A DNA stretch of 64,000 nucleotides from Pelomyxa schiedti (taxonomy: Eukaryota > Protista > Evosea), in the NCBI GenBank assembly GCA_020536535.1, contig JAHLWZ010000301.1, positions 10,028-74,027 of the forward strand. Reading direction: 5' to 3'. Shown piece after piece: positions 61,964 through 64,000 of this stretch (the first letter of the stretch is position 1; the number at the start of each line of letters is the position of its first letter). The translations under genes were made by a program, and so were the position numbers. The notes beneath the pieces were generated by a model. It had not been told where the DNA came from. It saw only the letters and a program-made list of their open reading frames with translations, and did not search any database.

Positions 61964-64000
61964 TCAGTGGTCACTTTGGGTGCTGGGGGTACGATGAGAG
62001 CCCGCTTGCAATTTCCTCTGAGCAGAAGTGTGGTTGCTGTGGCTGACAGAGAACGCGCGGTGCTGTGTTGGTGACGGTGGGGCCGTTATCACTGTTGCTG
62101 ATGCTGATGTTGTTTTTGCTGTTGTTGCCGACGAGGTTGCCGCGGCAGTTGTGGGTGAATCGGGATGGGGGTGGGAAGCACCCTCGGGGCTGTGGTGTGA
62201 TGCGGCGGTGCCTTCACCTTCCCGGTGGGAGCTCATTGTGAGTACCTGGTGGGGCCTGCTGGCTCCTTCGCCGTGTCCACCGCCCTTGTGCCGGTCGGAC
62301 CCATGGTCGCCGCTGTTCTCGTGGTGTTGGTGTTCGGAATGTTCCTTATGCGGCTTGGGGCTTTTGCTCTTCCTTCTGTGACTGGTGGTGGCCTGGGCTG
62401 TGCCGCTGTTTGCAGAGTCACCGGGAGAGTGGCTTGAAGAGCCGGTTGTGGAGCTACTGGATGAATGTTCAGGGGTAACTGGAACTGGGTGTGGGTCTGC
62501 TTTGGGCTTTTGGGAAGGTGAAGGCGGTGCCGGGTATGGAGGAGGCTCAGTTGGGATAACGACGTGTTCTGTGCTTGGGCTTGGTGTGGTTGGTGAGTCA
62601 ACTTTGCCACTGCTGCCATTCGGGACAGCTTGGGTGCAACTAGTGCTATCAGGAAGGCATGTAGAAGCTTGTTTCTTGGGTTCCTCACTGTTTCCTTCAG
62701 GCAAGATCTCTGGAGTACCATGCAACTCGAGGTTTTCGGGTACGACCATTTCGCTTGGGTTTTCCAAGGGAGGTGCAGTACTTGATTCTTTTCCCTCAGA
62801 ACCTTCATTGAGATTTGTAGTTACCTCGGTGTCTCCGCCACCCGTAACTGTGTCACCGCCATCACCAGCAGCAACAACTTCATCTCCATCCACATCATCA
62901 CCGTCACCATCACCATCTCCATCTCCATCTCCATCATCATCGTCCACTTCCAAAGCTTCCGGCGGGAAGATACAATGCCTGACCAAATAAATTAACTGTG
63001 ATAACAAAAGAATGAAATCACCTGAAGGGCTGCAATTTCTCATTGCCCACCTCTCTTAATAATTCAGGCCAGAATTCCACGGGAATAATCCCACCAGCAT
63101 CAGAAAGCATTTGAGCAGCACCCATTTCCTCGGAATGAAGGGCTACAACTAAAGGCGTTTTCCTATCCTCATTTAGCCTATTGACGTCAGCACTGAGCTT
63201 CAAAAGCATCTTTATAATTTTGGTGTGCCCGGCGGAAGCAGCAGCATGAAGTGGTGTTGATGTGGGAATCTCCCCGCTGTATCCATTGAGATCAGCACCA
63301 TTTTCAAGTAGTAGTCTTAGTACTCTTTTGTGACCCCTCTGTGCTGCGACAATGGCTGGGGTACAGCCATCGGAGTTTGGAATGAGTACTGCACTGGCTG
63401 ATCCAAGTCTCGTCTCATAGGAAATTATTTCTGCTGCAACCTCAAGAAATCCCCGCTTGCATGCCAGTAACAGTGCAGTACTGGAGTCTGCCCCACAAAG
63501 GGTGTTTGTTTGTGGTGGAACTGAACAGGATAGTAAAGTCTTCACAACATCCAAATGACCTTCATGACTTGCTATGGCAAGTGGAGTCATCCCTTCGGCA
63601 TCCGTTGCATTCATAGAGAGTTTATTACTTTGAAGCAATGTACCCACCACCGCAGTGTGGCCTTTCGCACAGGCAATATGAAGAGCCGTGGAACCAGCAG
63701 AATTGGGGGTGTCAGGGTTGGATGTAGGAGTTGGGGGATGTTGCAACAATCTACTAACTCCCTCAGCATCACCCTTCCCGCATGATATGTGGATATTCTT
63801 CAACCATTCATCGTGTTGAGAGTCAGTGGGACTAACAGGGTTTGCAGAAGCTTCTTCCTCTCCTTCTGCCTGTGCAGGGTAAGTGTTGGTATCAGGGACA
63901 GTAACACTAGTATTGATATTTCACCCCCCTTCAAAGAAAGAATCACACCTCCGGTGCAGTTACATAACTCCTGGAATGCAATGAATCTTTGTCAGAAATA
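61964..64000 (-). CDS. Ankyrin-repeat protein with acidic/Ser/His-rich tail (5' end outside window)
   Basis: Multiple GxTALH/TPL..A ankyrin repeats in ORF 63018-63803, followed by a low-complexity exon. Confidence 0.85.

Overview
Gene-dense eukaryotic genomic DNA with about 24 protein-coding genes. Most are split by short (mostly 40-60 nt) GT-AG introns, intergenic spacers are short, and several gene pairs are head-to-head. Gene content and style suggest an anaerobic amoebozoan (Archamoebae, Pelomyxa-like); this is an inference, not a database result. Gene models were spliced by hand, so terminal coordinates are approximate. Recognisable genes are: class M sirtuin, SLC43-like MFS transporter, PTB/hnRNP-L-like RRM protein, RRM-RBR E3 ligase, GATA factor, acid lipase, PTEN-C2-DUF547 fusion, ABHD17-like pseudo-hydrolase with SAM domain, PqiA-domain membrane protein with a large ectodomain, C2 + 10xPLAT protein, receptor-like kinase with a bacterial-type ectodomain, esterase, RanBP2-ZnF/RING protein, bacterioferritin-like protein, DRP5/Dlp-type dynamin, DDX24/Mak5, Mis18/Yippee, CHMP5/Vps60, V-ATPase subunit B, F-box/Tudor protein and an ankyrin protein. 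The best non-coding find is a box C/D snoRNA-like element with a perfect terminal stem and unusual internal hairpins in the single long intron of V-ATPase B. The best candidate for an undescribed system is the single-chain PqiA + TULIP-like putative lipid transporter within a run of lipid/membrane genes. Other highlights are several prokaryote-type genes that have gained introns, CpG/GC-rich islands at gene 5' ends and a shared 13-nt promoter word. The N-gap has duplicated flanks and is an assembly artefact.
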